64,000 nucleotides of DNA from Tubulanus polymorphus (lineage: Eukaryota; Animalia; Nemertea), in contig NC_134028.1 of assembly GCF_964204645.1 (NCBI RefSeq), positions 18,483,653 to 18,547,652 on the forward strand. The letters are read 5' to 3'. The notes beneath the pieces were generated by a model that saw only the letters and a list, made by a program, of their open reading frames with translations, was not told the origin of the DNA and made no database searches. The position numbers were made by a program, and so were the translations under genes. Below, one piece after another: positions 50,691 through 64,000 of the stretch; the first letter of the stretch is position 1, and every line of letters begins with the position of its first letter.

Positions 50691-52547
50691 CGCATCAGAG
50701 TCTAATTGCTTTGTTATAATGGTCGTCACCTAAAATTATAATAGTCGTGAAATTGAATGTATAATTGTGAACTCAAAGTGCATTGATACAAATGAGGTGA
50801 AAAGAATGAAAACCACAAATTGGTAGTACAAATACATTGCATTCTATATTATTGCTATATCATCCTATAAGCAGTACCCAGGGATGAAAAGAGAGGCGTT
50901 TAAAAATAGCGAAAAATTTTGAAATAAAGTATTAGAGGCTAACTAGCAGCTGCAAGCACCGAAGGTGCGAAGCCCCAAAAGGGGGGAGTGGGAGCCCCCC
51001 AAGAAAATTTTGAAATTTTAAGGAGTCGATGGTGCATCTGAAGCCCATTTTCCAATGACAAAATATACTGCAGCCATATGGTTGATCATTCGTTGTTTAT
51101 GTCTTGAGTACACGAAAAGAATGGCTCCGACGATATCCAAATCACTATAACATGTTCATAGTTAAAAGAACTTGTCAATAAAAAAGAGTCGCAAGAGGAG
51201 CCCCTATCTATAACTTTCCAATCTATCACTCAAGCGAAGCTTATTGCTCCTGAATAAAAACAAGGACTACTTTTAATGAGCACGTAGGCTATGCTTTGTT
51301 GAATGAATTAAAGCGTGCGACTACATATTCTAAATATAGATTTCCCCCGCGGCACTATTGCATGTATATATATTATTGATGTGCACAGTGGTTCTAGATA
51401 ACAGCGGTGTTTCGCAATGATGTTGTAAAAAAAGATTTCAGAGATCGTAGCACCGGTTTTATGAGAGGCTTTTACGGTCTGTTCTTTAAACACGCTACGA
51501 TCTAACATCAACTTTTCCCCAAGACCCTAACCCCCCCACCCCCTATCATTTTCTCAACGGACCTACATCGATCTCAAGAATGATAACAAAGGTCCAATGG
51601 CCCTGTGGCTCACCATTAAACAATTGAGTGCACATATATTGTCAAAAATATTATACTAAATATAAATTAATTTGGATTGAAGATGTATGAAGCTTACAAT
51701 ATGCACCGGCGGATGTGTGAGAGTGCTGTGTATACTATCATTGCCGAGTCACTGTGCCATATTTAGCCTCGTTCAGGTGATTACTAACACACACAGCCAT
51801 ATACTGTAACCTATATTCGCACATGCGGCTGACTGCTGACACGCGTATATACAAATGCACTAGCAAGCAGTATTAGATTGACCGCAATTTCACAAGTCAG
51901 AATACATCCATCCACAAAATGTCAAACATATACAAAAATACAAACATATACAGACCTTTTTTTCTAGAAATCAAAACAAATACCGGCTATGATTTAAATT
52001 CCTAAACGCTAAATAGATGTAATAATGAATTATTCTCGAGAATAAGCTATTAAGCAGCGAGTAAAACGACGTTTCGTCCTCCACGAAACCAAGTTTTCAT
52101 TTTACCGCTACCCAACCGCCATCATTTCTCGCTGCTTTGCGAAATATACACGTGTTTAACGAGTAGAAGATTTTTTTGACTCCCGATAATGCAGGACCCT
52201 GATAGAGTGTCCGCTGACCGACCAGAAGGTCCTAGCCCCGGTACAAGTGGTACAGGAAAGGGGGCAGTTCACGGAAATCCATCTCGCAGCCGATCACGGA
52301 GATCGCGATCATCTCCGGAAGTCGAGCTTTCGGATGCTTTCTCCGCCGGAGGGTCAGATTTTGACTATGAATCCGATGCGTAAAGTGATAATGACTTGCG
52401 TTCAACAGTTCAATCGGCATGTTCTAATAAACGGGTTCGTAGGGCCAGTTTAAGCCCTAGTTTCAGTTCGTCGCCAGAATCGTACGATAAAACGAAACGT
52501 AAGACTAAGAGACACAGATTGAGCCGCAAACGTTCTGCCTCATCTGG

Positions 52548-53826
52548 GGCACAATCAGTTAAATCATCTGTTCTTGAGATTTCTTGTGGAGTACCTCAAG
52601 GTTCTATCCTCGGGCCATTATTATTCCTCGTCTATATCAATGACTTGTACATTTCAACACCTAACTTAGACTTAGTTCTTTTCGCGGACGACACTTCAGG
52701 GTTGGCGTATGACAGGGACATAAATTCTCTTCTAACAAAAGTTAATAAGGATTTAGACTCTCTTCACGATTGGTTACTTGCTAATATACTATCTCTCAAC
52801 ATGAAAAAAACAAAATTTATCCTATTCCACTCTAGTCAAGCCTTTCATTAGTAATGCATTGAGAAATCCCCTAAAACTGTTTATTAAAGGTAAAGAGATG
52901 AGTAGAGTAGATCACATTAATTTTTTAGGCATTATTTTATAAGAAAACCTTAACTGGAAACCCCACATAGCAAAAAGTTCACAAACGAATTTCACAAGGC
53001 CTGGGTATCATCTATAAATGCAGTCAAATTCTAAATCAAAAATCACCTCATCCTCATCTACAATGCACTTGTCCTTCCTCACTTAAACTATGGTATATTA
53101 TCATGGGGTCACTCACCACACACGCAAAAATGTCTTTTACTTCAAAAACAAATAACTCGAATTATTACTAAGTCTAACTTTACTGCCCACTCTGAACCAC
53201 TCTTCAAACAACTTAATCTTCTCAAAATAAATGATCTCTACACACTTAAAGCCACTCTTTTCATCTATGACACACTCAAAAACAACCCTCCAAAATACTT
53301 CAAAAACTTTTATACTGCAGATCTTCTCTCAACAAATTATCTAATCATTAAAAGCATTCACCTTGACCACAACTATTCTTCACTTACAAACCCACATTTA
53401 AAAAAAACAAAATCACCGAAAGAATATCTTACTAATATATGGAGAACATTACCAATTAGTAACGTTATCGACCTTCTAAGTAAATCATCCGTTAAATGTA
53501 TGTTAAAAACCTATCTCATCTCCACTTATAGTAACCTAACTGTTTGCAATAATATTAACTGTTATAACTGTTATTTAAGATTATTGAATCCCCAAACCGT
53601 ATAATTAATAATCAATCACATGATAATTACGCATCCACATTCTGCTGAGTCATTTTGTTAATCATATTTGTATAATTTGTGTATATTTTTGTTACGGTAC
53701 TTTGTTTGATTTTTTTGTATGGGTGCTAGCGTTAAGCGGCCTTTCTGGCTTTGCTAGGCCTGTGTAGATTGTATATATGTTTACATATTGTATTCTATGC
53801 AAATAAATCTATTGAATTGAATTGAA
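52548..53826 (+). mobile_element. 5'-truncated CR1/L2-group LINE with (ATTGA)n tail
   Basis: CGVPQGSILGPLLFLVYINDL..LFADDT, LSLNMKKTK, FLGI..NLNWKPHI, YNALVLPHLNYG..WG, AHSEPLFKQLNLLKI. AATAAA then TTGAATTGAATTGAA. Confidence 0.9.
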
Positions 53827-54184
53827 CTGGATTCAACAGCATCATGCCTTATCTCACTGAGCTACCAAGGCCGCTCGATTGAATTCCGAAAAACTACAGC
53901 AGCGGCAAATAACCATTGCAATGTTGCAATTTACGACAAACATCGTGTAAATTAAATCACTGTTGCGGTGTTCAACGCAAGGAAAAGATAAGAGTTATTT
54001 TTCCCAGCGCGCATTACAAAGCGAGTCTGCCGAGTTGCGTAAGGGAATGGTACCGCCTCATGAGTGAGCAGGTCCTTATTGGTGATATCATATCATGGTG
54101 GTAGCCTACCATTTACCCTTTACCGTTTCGTGTCATCATGAAATGGTTTTAACTTAAGCAAAGGCGTTCCCGCGCAATTACATA

Positions 54185-54809
54185 CCGTATTTTCCGGCCA
54201 ATAAGCTGACTCGGCCAATAAGCCGAGGGCAGTTTTTTAGCCTAAAATACATGGATTTCATAAAGCTTCGCCCAATAAGCCGAGGCCCTTCATCAGAGAT
54301 TTTAATTCACTGATTTGTCAATTAGTTCGTCTTAATTGACGATTTAAGAGGCTGACAGTAGCGCCCGCCGATGTGTGAGAGTGCTGTGTATACTATCATC
54401 GCCGAGTGACTGTGCTATATATAGACTCACTCAGCTGATTACTATACACACAGCCATACACGCAGTACGCGGCTCACTGCTGATTTGCATATATACTAAT
54501 GTATGAACTGACACGTGGTAGTACGATGAACTCGCGCGTTATATAAATGTATACCATTGCCGCTGTGCGGTGATGGAACAATCAAAGTAAAAATAAAATA
54601 GTTCAAAATAGATTATAATTGGTAGTAAATAATGACCTCAAATAAATATCGACCACTTTTCTTGATTTTGACGATCATTGAGAGCATTAGAGTGGCATAG
54701 ATCAGGAAGTGATTTTTTATGTCAGATCGTATCCGCCCAATAAGCCGATCACGATATTTTGGGTAAAAATCTGAGGCTAGAAAATCGGCTTATTGGCCGG
54801 AAAATACGG
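54185..54809. mobile_element. Tc1/mariner (pogo/Tigger-like) MITE
   Basis: TA|CCGTATTTTCCGGCCAATAAGC...GCTTATTGGCCGGAAAATACGG|TA, with internal repeats of CCAATAAGCCGA. Confidence 0.9.
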
Positions 54810-55569
54810 TAACTTACGGGTTTCAGTCACAAGTAGGCCTGCCGTTCCACTGCTTTAGAAATAAGTATTCTGACACTGAAAATTAATCTTAATTAATCGC
54901 ATGGCTACTGATAGTTGGAATAACAGTGATATTCAAACACTATGTCAATGTCAATGCGGACATATCACTACGCGATTGTTTAACCCGCTCTCATCTACCA
55001 GATAACTAACGAGTAAAATGCGATAGAATAACTTTTTAGACAATTAAATCAGAAATCTGGCGACGCCATGTTGTGGGGAATGATTGAAACATTATTTTAA
55101 GTTGTTTTCAACTGTTTCTATTGATTTACATGAACGGGGTGACAATTTGAAGTTACTATGAAAATGAGAAAAGTCGGCACTATTATTTCGTACTACTATT
55201 TTCGTCCCATTTTACTAGCATTGGCATGACGTCATAGACGTCAACCAATGCTAAAAATAAAGCCGCACAGTGCAGCCAACATTACAAAACTTCAGTGACT
55301 AAAACACAAACATTATTCCTTGAGTGTAGAATCACTCAATTTATGAAAGAAAATACATTTCGTTGAAAAAATTTCCAAAAAGCAGAGAATTTGCGTAAAA
55401 TTAGCATTGAATTCGTGTCAGATTTATACTGCTATGCCATGGTTAAAAGCTGCTGTGCATTTTACTGCAGTAACTCACAGAATCCTTCCCAGCTTTTATA
55501 GAATACTGAAAAATGAATGTAGCAAATCGGAGTTTAGAATCCAAAATGGATCAAGTTCTCAAAGAAATG

Positions 55570-56600
55570 AAGGGGTTGGTGTTCAGATATCTCAGATGGA
55601 GACAAGATTGCATCAAGTGGAAAGAGAATTAGATGTCTAAAAAGATTTTTTTAAATGTCATCAACCCGAACATTTTATCAGAGAGTGGCTGGAGTGGAGG
55701 AGTTATCCGTCGACACCAAATCCTACTACACCACCAACATATCGATGTTTTAAATGTGGGAAGATCGGGACACACTGTAATAGAGACTGCCCAGGCAAAC
55801 TGTTTAGTCGTCTAGTGGAAGGATCGGGAAACCGTCCAAGGGCCATGGAGAGGGACAACCATGCCCCCAGCAGCGACGTCCAAAACCAAGACCGTAAACA
55901 AACAGCAACTCCTAAAGGGAATACAGGGGCCTGCCAGTGAAGTTGTGGTGGGCATGAATGGCTGTCAGTGTACGTCACTCATACATTTATGAACTCCTAA
56001 AGGGAATACAGGGGCCTGCCAGAGAAGTTGTGGTGGGCATGAATGGCCGTCAGTGTGCGTCACTCATCTATTTATGGAGGTATGATCTCGACGGTTTCTG
56101 GGCAATTTGCTGTTATGAGTTGGAAATTCAAGTTAAAGGAAGGAGGAGTCAATGGAGGTCACGACTGCGGGAGAACATCGGTTGCCGAACTTGGGGTTCA
56201 CTGAAGTTGAAGTTAATTTTGGGCAGCAGAGTAACTGGGTATTGTGTCTTGTAGTACCCACCACGCATGACCAACGCAGCGTTCCTGTTATAATCAGGAC
56301 TAATCTTTTGAGGCAGTTGAGGGCCCATCATGGTGAATTATTTCTGTGGAAGACTCATATGGATCTGTTGTGTAGTCTGGAGGAAGCAGTGGTCAACCCA
56401 TCCGAAGCTTTTGAAGTTCCATGGTCTGAGAAAGTTGTAAGATGGATCCTCCGAAGTCCAATCAGTGAAAATGGTAGTGTGATGACCACCCAAGATTGGG
56501 TAACTTTGCCCAGAAATCTAATAGTTGCGCCATCTGTATTGTCGGTACACAAAGACAAGTATAATTGGATTACAGTTCTGTGGCACCATACAAGTAATGT
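55570..56600 (+). pseudogene. Gypsy gag-end/protease remnant with an 86-bp tandem duplication
   Basis: YRCFKCGKIGHT knuckle-like segment, AGEHRLPNLGFTEV..CLVVP..VPVIIRTN. Duplication 55907-55982 / 55993-56068. Confidence 0.7.
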
Positions 56601-56605
56601 GGCAC

Positions 56606-57339
56606 CATACACGTAATCTCGGCGTCATTTTTTATCAGAACATGTCCATGGTAAAACATGTAAACCACTTATGCTCTGTAGCTTTCTATCACCTTAGAAA
56701 CATTAGTAAGATCAGACAGTTTTTGAATCAAGGAATTGCTGAACGCCTTATTCACGCTTTTGTGACAACTCGCCTTGACTATTGCAACTCTTTACTCTTT
56801 GGCCTCCTTGACAACATTCTAGATAAATTACATGTTCAAAATTCTGCTGCCCGGATCCTGACTCGAAACTCTTTTGTCACATTTTGTCACATAACACCGA
56901 TTCTATATGATCCGCATTGGCTTCCAATCAAATACCGCATCCAATTTAAAATCTTGATTCTTACTTATAAATCCTTGAATGGTCAGGCCCCACAATATTT
57001 GAAATCATTAGTGCAATACAAGGCATCCTCTAGAGTGTTAAGATCAAACAGTCAATCACTTCTAGTCATCCCTCGTGTCAATCTAGTCTCTGCGGGTCAC
57101 AGGGCCTTTTTTTACTCCGCCCCACTACTTCGGAACTCCTTACCAGATGCAATTAAATCTAGTCCTTCTAATGACGTTTTTAAATCGCAACTTAAAACCC
57201 ATTTGTTCACTAAAGCTTTTAACTAATGATGTAAATTGTTTTTTCTATCTTTATGTTTTATATTTGTGTTTCTATATTGTAAAGCCAATGAGAATATTTT
57301 ATATGGATTTTAGGCTCAATAAATTATTATTATTATTAC
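56606..57339 (+). mobile_element. L2-clade LINE 3' fragment with (TTA)n tail
   Basis: RNLGVIF, IHAFVTTRLDYCNSL, VQNSAAR, HWLPIKYRIQFK, FKSQLKTHLF; AATAAA(TTA)n. Confidence 0.92.
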
Positions 57340-57618
57340 AAGAACCAGATAACCCACTTGAGAATCAAAAGTGAGTTCAGTGCACTCTAGTAATCCTAAG
57401 GCATCATAGTACATTTTTTAAATGGTAAGTACATTTTTTTAAATGGTAAGAACAATATTAGTTCAACCAAAGTACAATAGGTGTCACTAGCTGTTCAAAG
57501 GATAATGGTTATTGTCAATTTCTATGCAAAAAGCAGATAACCCACAATTTCAAGACGGTCGCGCCCATGAAAAGGTCTTGCTCAGCAGCAAGATCTTTGT
57601 CCTTTAAGGATGTTTTAA

Positions 57619-58250
57619 AGAGCATATGCCATCAAAATATAATATTGTGTAAAATTCATTTTCAAATGTGATGTATTCACAAATCTCAAATATGGAACTG
57701 GTTTGAATTTTAGTTCAGCCATTACTGAGAAATATGACTTTTAAATCGGCGATTTATGCACGTGCTCACTGTTATTGTTTATCTTAGCAGGTGCATGTTT
57801 CTGACGTAATCTCTGACAAACGCTCGCGGCTTCCAGTCATTTCACTCGACATTTCATGCAATATTTTATCGTTTTGGTAGTGATATGAATTAATAAACTG
57901 TTACCATTGTATAGTGTTGCTACCGTTGTATATGACATGATAATCGTATATAAGTGAGTAGCGCTGTAGGTCAGTGAATACGGTGAACAAATGGTGTTTA
58001 TTTTATCATATATTATACATAGGCTACGCATACTAGTGCTTGTGTTGATTGTCATAGTTAACATCATAAATAGCGCCACCCGCGGGTTGAATATGAACTA
58101 TACGCACAGAGTGAAGAATAAATAGATGACTATTCCGCTAAATATTACGGCTAATTCCTGCTCCTTTTTTCAATAAGTAACATCTCAGGTCGTTATAGTT
58201 TCTTCTGGTTAAGAAATCACGGAAAGTACAATTTTGATGGCATTTGCCCT
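57619..58250. mobile_element. TTAA-flanked Kolobok-type MITE, second family
   Basis: TTAA|AGAGCATATGCCATCAAAAT...ATTTTGATGGCATTTGCCCT|TTAA. One end also occurs inverted at ~39754-39925. Confidence 0.8.
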
Positions 58251-59353
58251 TTAAGGGAGATTGAGAGAGGTAAGTTCAGTAGTTATATTCTCTATAATAC
58301 ACAGATTACTTTGACTGACCATAAAACATCCAAAATATAGATATAAGGGCCATTTTGTGTAGTTCAGATGCGGGTTATTGGGTTATTGCAGGTAGAGTTT
58401 ATAAGTTCAGGATTTATTGTTTTATTTTATTAAATAAAAAGAAATCCTCGGGTTAATTAAATACATACAGGTAGCAGAAATTGTTGAGAGGCCTTTCTGC
58501 AATGTAAATGTCAATGGCACGAGGGTGTACAGCACCCACTTTTTTGAAAATCCATAAGTATTGGCATGTCTATATCATGTTAAACATAGAGGTGCTCTGC
58601 ACTGATAAAAAAACTACATAAAACTACAAAACTAAATGCTCCGCAATTTCCTCATATACAGAAGATGGTGGCAAGCCTGAAGCCTGATGAAAACAGCAGT
58701 GCTAACGAAGATGACACATCTGTTGATTTGAGGGTGGTGATGTTTACAAGCCAAGTAGCGATGAAATGGACACACAAAGTTCAAGTGAAGCTGGAGAGGA
58801 AAATCAGGACGAAAATAATAACCTTGGTAAGAACGTGCAACCAAATTGCTCTTAGAAAATCAAATATTATCCAATTTACAGCAACAGAGAAACCTGTTGT
58901 ATCTGATCATTTGACTAAGTAAGGCTTCAGGCAGGTGTGGAAAATAAAAGGCTGTCATGGCATTTCACCATTATCAGACCTGAAGCTTGATCTTTACAGG
59001 ATCATAAGCAAGTGCTGAGTGTCTGGAGTAAACTAGAAAAAAAAATGAAACTGACTTTGTCTTCTCAGAATGCTTAATATCATAGGATATTTGAGTAAAT
59101 ACGCGTAAAATATGTGTAAATAGAAAAAGGCTATAGAAAATATGAGTAATATAGTAAATATAGTAAATATGAGTAAATATGTACACTTTAAAATAAAATT
59201 AAAATAGCAAGTAAATAGCTAGACAATATCAGGTTGCAGAACAGACAAGTGGAACAAAGAAAATGTCAGATCTTGTTTTGAATATCAGATTGCTTTTATA
59301 CATGTATGTAGCTACCAAATGTTCGGTTTATCTTTTGCTTCTATACAATGAAG

Positions 59354-60700
59354 TTAAGATTGAAACCACCATCTTAATTTTGTAGAGGAGTCTCCACAAA
59401 GAGAATCAATTCCTCTGGTTGGTGAATCACCCGCAAGAGGTAGACGAAGGAAACGGGATCCGGCTTCATGGAAAAGAAACATAAGGAAGAACAAACGTTT
59501 GAAAGGTGAAGAATATATGGACACTAAGGGTTGCCTCCACAGAGAAATCAGGGAGGGACCACCCTGTAATTGTGCAAAAAAACGTTTCACTAATATTAGT
59601 GCTGAGGTAAGGAAGAACCTCCACGATCAGCTTTATTACAGCTCACTGATTACTCTGCTCAGAGATTATACTTAGCATCCTGTATTAAATTCTCAAAACC
59701 GAAGAGGCATTATGAAACAAAGAATAAAAAAACAGATGGAAGCAAAAATAGAAATATCACCTTTACCTACAATATAGCTGTAGACAGTGAACATAAACAA
59801 ATGTGTAAAGCAGCATTGCATCTAAGAAAAGCTGAGGCTGCTCAAAGCCAGGTGAAATCTGATTTTGAGGAGTCCAAATCTGATGACGCTATTTGGACTA
59901 TTGCATTTGTGCATTTGATCTTCAACAAGCCTTGCCTACCCCTCATATCAATAACAGTGTAACCTTTTACTCACGTCAACTTTGGACCTACAACTTAGGT
60001 GTGCATGATAGCAAAGGGGCTGTGATGCACATGTGGTCTGAAGAAATAGCGAGTAGAGGGTCATGTAAGGTCTTATCTTCTCTCAATGCATATTTTAGAA
60101 GTGAGCATTTTACTGACGTTGGGAAAAAGAAACACCTCATTGCTTAGTCTGACTCGTGCGGTGGTCAAAACAAAAATAAAAACATTACCTTCTTTTACTA
60201 CCTTGTACATGTGGCCAAGACGTTTGAATCTATTGAACACAAGTTCCCCATCCCTGGCCACACCTTCCTTGGATGTGATAGGGATTTTGGGATGATTGAA
60301 AAGAAAAAGGTTCCTGCTGTCTATAATCCTGAGGGTTGGTACAGTTTGGTTGAGGCTGCTCGAGTAAAAAATCCCTTTAAAGTAATGAGAATGACAAGAA
60401 AGGATTTTGTTGACATAGCCCCAATGCATGAAAAGTTGATTTTCAGACAGAAAGCTACTGATGGAAGTAAAGTGGGGATCCAAAAAGCTTGTTCCGTAAA
60501 AACTAGTGCTGCTCATCCTGGTAAAATATTCATTTCCTACAGTCAAAATCAAACTAATTGTCAGGAAGTTCAAATTGGTACCAGAGGGGGACTTGGTTGC
60601 GTCAAGTTGCCTTTGCTGTACAGTACTAGGAGAGAAATAGCTCCTGCCAAGGTTAAAGACTTAATAATTAGCCATAGGCAAAGTGGTTTACCTTTCTACT
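59354..60700 (+). pseudogene. Sola1-like transposase, internally deleted, with stops and frameshifts
   Basis: [76 protein letters not shown]. Confidence 0.8.
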
Positions 60701-61666
60701 ATCTAGAAGAACGTACAATTATACATGTATTCATTTTGATTTTGACTTGCGTCGTGGCTGCTAGTTTTGGTTTAGATATGTCCAGAAAACTATAAGGGCT
60801 CTGGGAAGCATGACACAAAATTTGATATTGGCTGTGATTTAGCAATTCTTTGTATTTAGCATAAAAATCCATGAAGCCAATTAAACAGTTCCAAAATTCT
60901 CATTTTAGTCCTACCAGCTCATTTTCTTCCTGATGAATGTGGCAATATTTTCCAATAGGCTTAGATTTTGTTCACTGCTCTATCCAATCATTCCAGCCTT
61001 GAATGCAGAGAGGCCTAGATGATGAGACAGCACAAATACTCACCAGAAAGTGACAAACAATGATTTATTGACTTTCTGAAATTGCCATATAATATATTTT
61101 TAGAACAAATAAATGTTGAATATTTTATCATACGGGAATCTCCTACAATTTTGAGATCTCGGAAAAATTTCAACCTCAAACATTCCGAACTGAATATTTA
61201 GTTTAAAAACAGAAAATGTCAAAACTTTATTGGCAATTAACTGTTTTTAAAACGGTTAATTTCCCGTTCTAGAAGATCTAAAAACCTTTTGAGTATGTGG
61301 AATTAAGTGGACACCTTTCACTCCTTTGCTTACCCAGATACCGTAACGTATAGTACCTATATATACATTATTGTTATGGTTTTACGTCAAGAAACAGCGA
61401 TTTTACCAGAGCTTGACTAAGTTATATAATATTTTAAGGTTACCTTAAAATATTAATGTAAGTATCCATCGACGAAGTATGTAACGAAGTTAAAAGAGGG
61501 GCACAGTTATTTATAGTTGCCACAGAAATAGTTCAAATGATTATCCACGACAATAAAGCGTTCCTAATAAAGCTTATTTCAATTAAAAACTTCTAAATTA
61601 GGAACAGACAGCGCACAACAGTATTTATAATACGCGCTAGGAGAGCGAAGTAGTGCAACGCGCGGT

Positions 61667-62468
61667 TATACGTGAAAACAGAGTATACATACACTTTGCC
61701 GTGCACTGCGGAGTGTATGTACGTACGTTAGATATATGGATTACATACCAGCTGATTTACGTAGTTCGCGGATTTTAATGTGTATGCGCTGTTACGCGAA
61801 GAATTCCAATATACCGCAAAAACATCGGCAAACACACTAATTAGCCTATGTCAATAGCAAATGAAAAAGCGCACATGTGTGGAACCAATTAACTCTCAGT
61901 TCAACAAAAATGATGCCAAACATTTGTCGACTGCCTCTCTCCAAAAACCTTTCAAAGAAAGAATGTATTTTGTACGAGTCGGTCAAAATAAGACAATGAC
62001 AAGACAAAGCCGGGCTAGGACTATATAAATCGACACACTTACTAAGTTCGAGATACTAAATTAGAGAGCCGACTCTATTATAATCCTCACAACCGAACAA
62101 ACTAACAGCGAACTAAGCTCGGCACAAATATAAAATGAATTGCTCGCCATTTTGTGACTCCCGAAATTACGTCAGAGGTGCGAAATTCCCGGAAATTCAG
62201 AGAATTTCCCGTTTTCACATCGGAAACTCAAATATAGGTCAACACAAGAAACTTATAGAAAGCGAAGAATTTTCGATGCTTTTCGCGTTTTTCTCGAAAA
62301 ATATTGCATCGTCCGTTCGAAGCTTACCGGCCTGACCTCTGCGCATCATTTCTACTTGCTTCACGATATAAGACAACCTCGTAAGTATTACCACTAAATT
62401 TTGTGCCGCGATTTAACATACTCTTGGCAGACTGCCAACCAACAGCCATAACATAGGTAAACCAAAAA
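61667..62468 (+). repeat. Dispersed unclassified repeat, copy 2
   Basis: Matches 47484-48228. Confidence 0.85.
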
Positions 62469-63149
62469 GTCTCTGTGAGTACATCCCTGTTGAATATAAA
62501 TCCTTAAACCCAAGTCCAAGACGTCTCAGAATGGGGATTGATCAGCATGGAAATGTGCCGAGTGGTGATTAGGAAAGTGCTTCAGCGCCATCAGACATGT
62601 CCCAGGGTTCTGAATCAGAATCAGACAAAACATCATCTGATAGTGAGGAAAAGTAAGGCTTAATTTAATGCTCACATGAGGTATTGAATTGATATCTATA
62701 TGGAATTAGAATGAGAAGTTTTGCATAAAAAATCAATTTTCACATCTGTGCTACCTGTTTGAAAATCTATGTTGGTTATTTGGTTCATGCACGGAAATCA
62801 TTTACGTGTTCCAAAATGCGTTTAAAATTTTAGGCAAAAATCCCAAGCTGGGGCAAATTGTATTTTATGTACATTTCGCATACTGTTCATTTCATGAAAA
62901 CATGCAATTTTTCAAGAGTTGTTGTATTTTAAAAAATAAAATTCTATCTTAAAGAATCTTTTTGCTTTTTCTCAAAATGAACATTTTGTGGGTCGTCTGG
63001 TTTTTGCATGGTGCCACAGAGTTGTTTTACACAATGTTGTTTGACAACCATTGGGGTCTCTGTGAAAACTCCTATCGCCGATATATATCAGGTAGATGCG
63101 GTTCGTTTGGCTGGCTGCGATTCGAATTATTCAAATTTAAATTCAGTGA

Positions 63150-64000
63150 AACAAGTAGATGGTCTTGGAAACTGTACCTGTGACGTTAATCCAAGCGATT
63201 GTCAAGTGTCGTTGATTAATGGAAAAGGGTGGAATTCAGATCAGAAGTACCGTCGTTTGAAGATAATGCATCGTTTAGAAAGAGTCTTCAGGAGATAATA
63301 TAAAACCGGACTGAAACTTAACCCAAAAGTGCCTGTTCGGACGTCGTTCTTTAATTCATCACAGTCATCGGATTTTGTACCAGGGATTGAAGCAGGTTCA
63401 TTGAAAGTGGAAGTGATTACGAAGTGGCCGACGCTGAAAACAGTAGAAGTTCCGGAGTTCATTTACCGACTACTATCGGAAATAAGGTAGTATCTTGGGT
63501 CCTTTCCTAGTATCCCATGGACTCCGGTAACGCTACCCAGATCCGGGAATAGAATATTCCACAAATGAGTCAATTTTTCGCTTAACTGTAACCAAGGAAC
63601 TGCTTCCATACCGTCGCACACTTTGTCAACAATGTAGAATAGCTGATATCCTAGAACGCGATCAGGATTACTAAAATGACCGATAGTGAGATCAGCGACT
63701 TTTGATTCCGCAGTGACTTGGGACTGTCGAATACTTTGACCTTGAATTGTTTGCTTTTTCGTTTTCAAATGACTATGCCCTGCTGCCACTTTCGAACTAA
63801 CATAACTAATATCGCAACATTCATCTATAAATACGATAATGCATTCTTTATATTCGCCATCTCCAATAAATATCGGAACTGTTCACATACCTATCATGTT
63901 TTTCTCACGACTATCGACTGTGAATGTAAGCAATGTGACTTTCGTTTGTTTCGGATTAGTTTCTGATGACAATTGTTCTAATTCTGGATTTCTGTTATTG
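63150..64000 (-). pseudogene. BEL/Pao-like aspartic protease region remnant
   Basis: TVPIFIG..IVFIDECCDISYVS (decayed D.GS), ESKVADLTI, IVDKVCDGMEAVPW..THLWNILFPDL..VHGILGKD. Runs off the window end. Confidence 0.55.

Noticed and set aside
52063-52092. GAAACGTC on the minus strand as a hammerhead
   Set aside because: No CUGANGA box upstream; only a simple hairpin.
52396-52851. Apparent novel fusion ORF of a basic peptide with an RT
   Set aside because: The join coincides with the 5' truncation of a LINE, and the RT has downstream stops; a chance in-frame junction.
56525-57226. 233-aa ORF as a host gene
   Set aside because: It is an L2 RT C-terminus read through from adjacent Gypsy-derived sequence.

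Overview
AT-rich eukaryotic DNA, probably from an invertebrate animal (spliceosomal GT-AG introns, metazoan-type transposons); the taxon cannot be fixed from sequence alone. The only clear host gene is a DNA polymerase lambda (POLL)-like gene on the minus strand: a BRCT exon at 50151-50729 and a 78-bp exon at 29938-30015, about 20 kb apart. I found no further exon in 1-29937, so most of the window is probably intron filled with transposable elements. 1-22875 is a nested stack. An old Gypsy pol was split by a second Gypsy element (711-14891, TSD GAAC, with chromodomain-like and env-like remnants) and by a Penelope+DIRS block (15563-22105, 10-bp TSD). The inner Gypsy itself carries an L2 tail, a hAT transposon and a Helentron-type element. 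Further along are a decayed P-element-like unit with two convergent genes, L2/CR1 LINEs, several MITE and HINE families, and Sola1, Gypsy and BEL/Pao remnants. The best-preserved element is a full-length Kolobok transposon (42221-47266). It has a 10-exon, stop-free THAP-DDE transposase and a convergent KolX (P2X7-ballast-like) gene that needs a +1 shift at a CTA-TGA to stay in frame. All calls come from manual reading and motif recognition; no database search was run.
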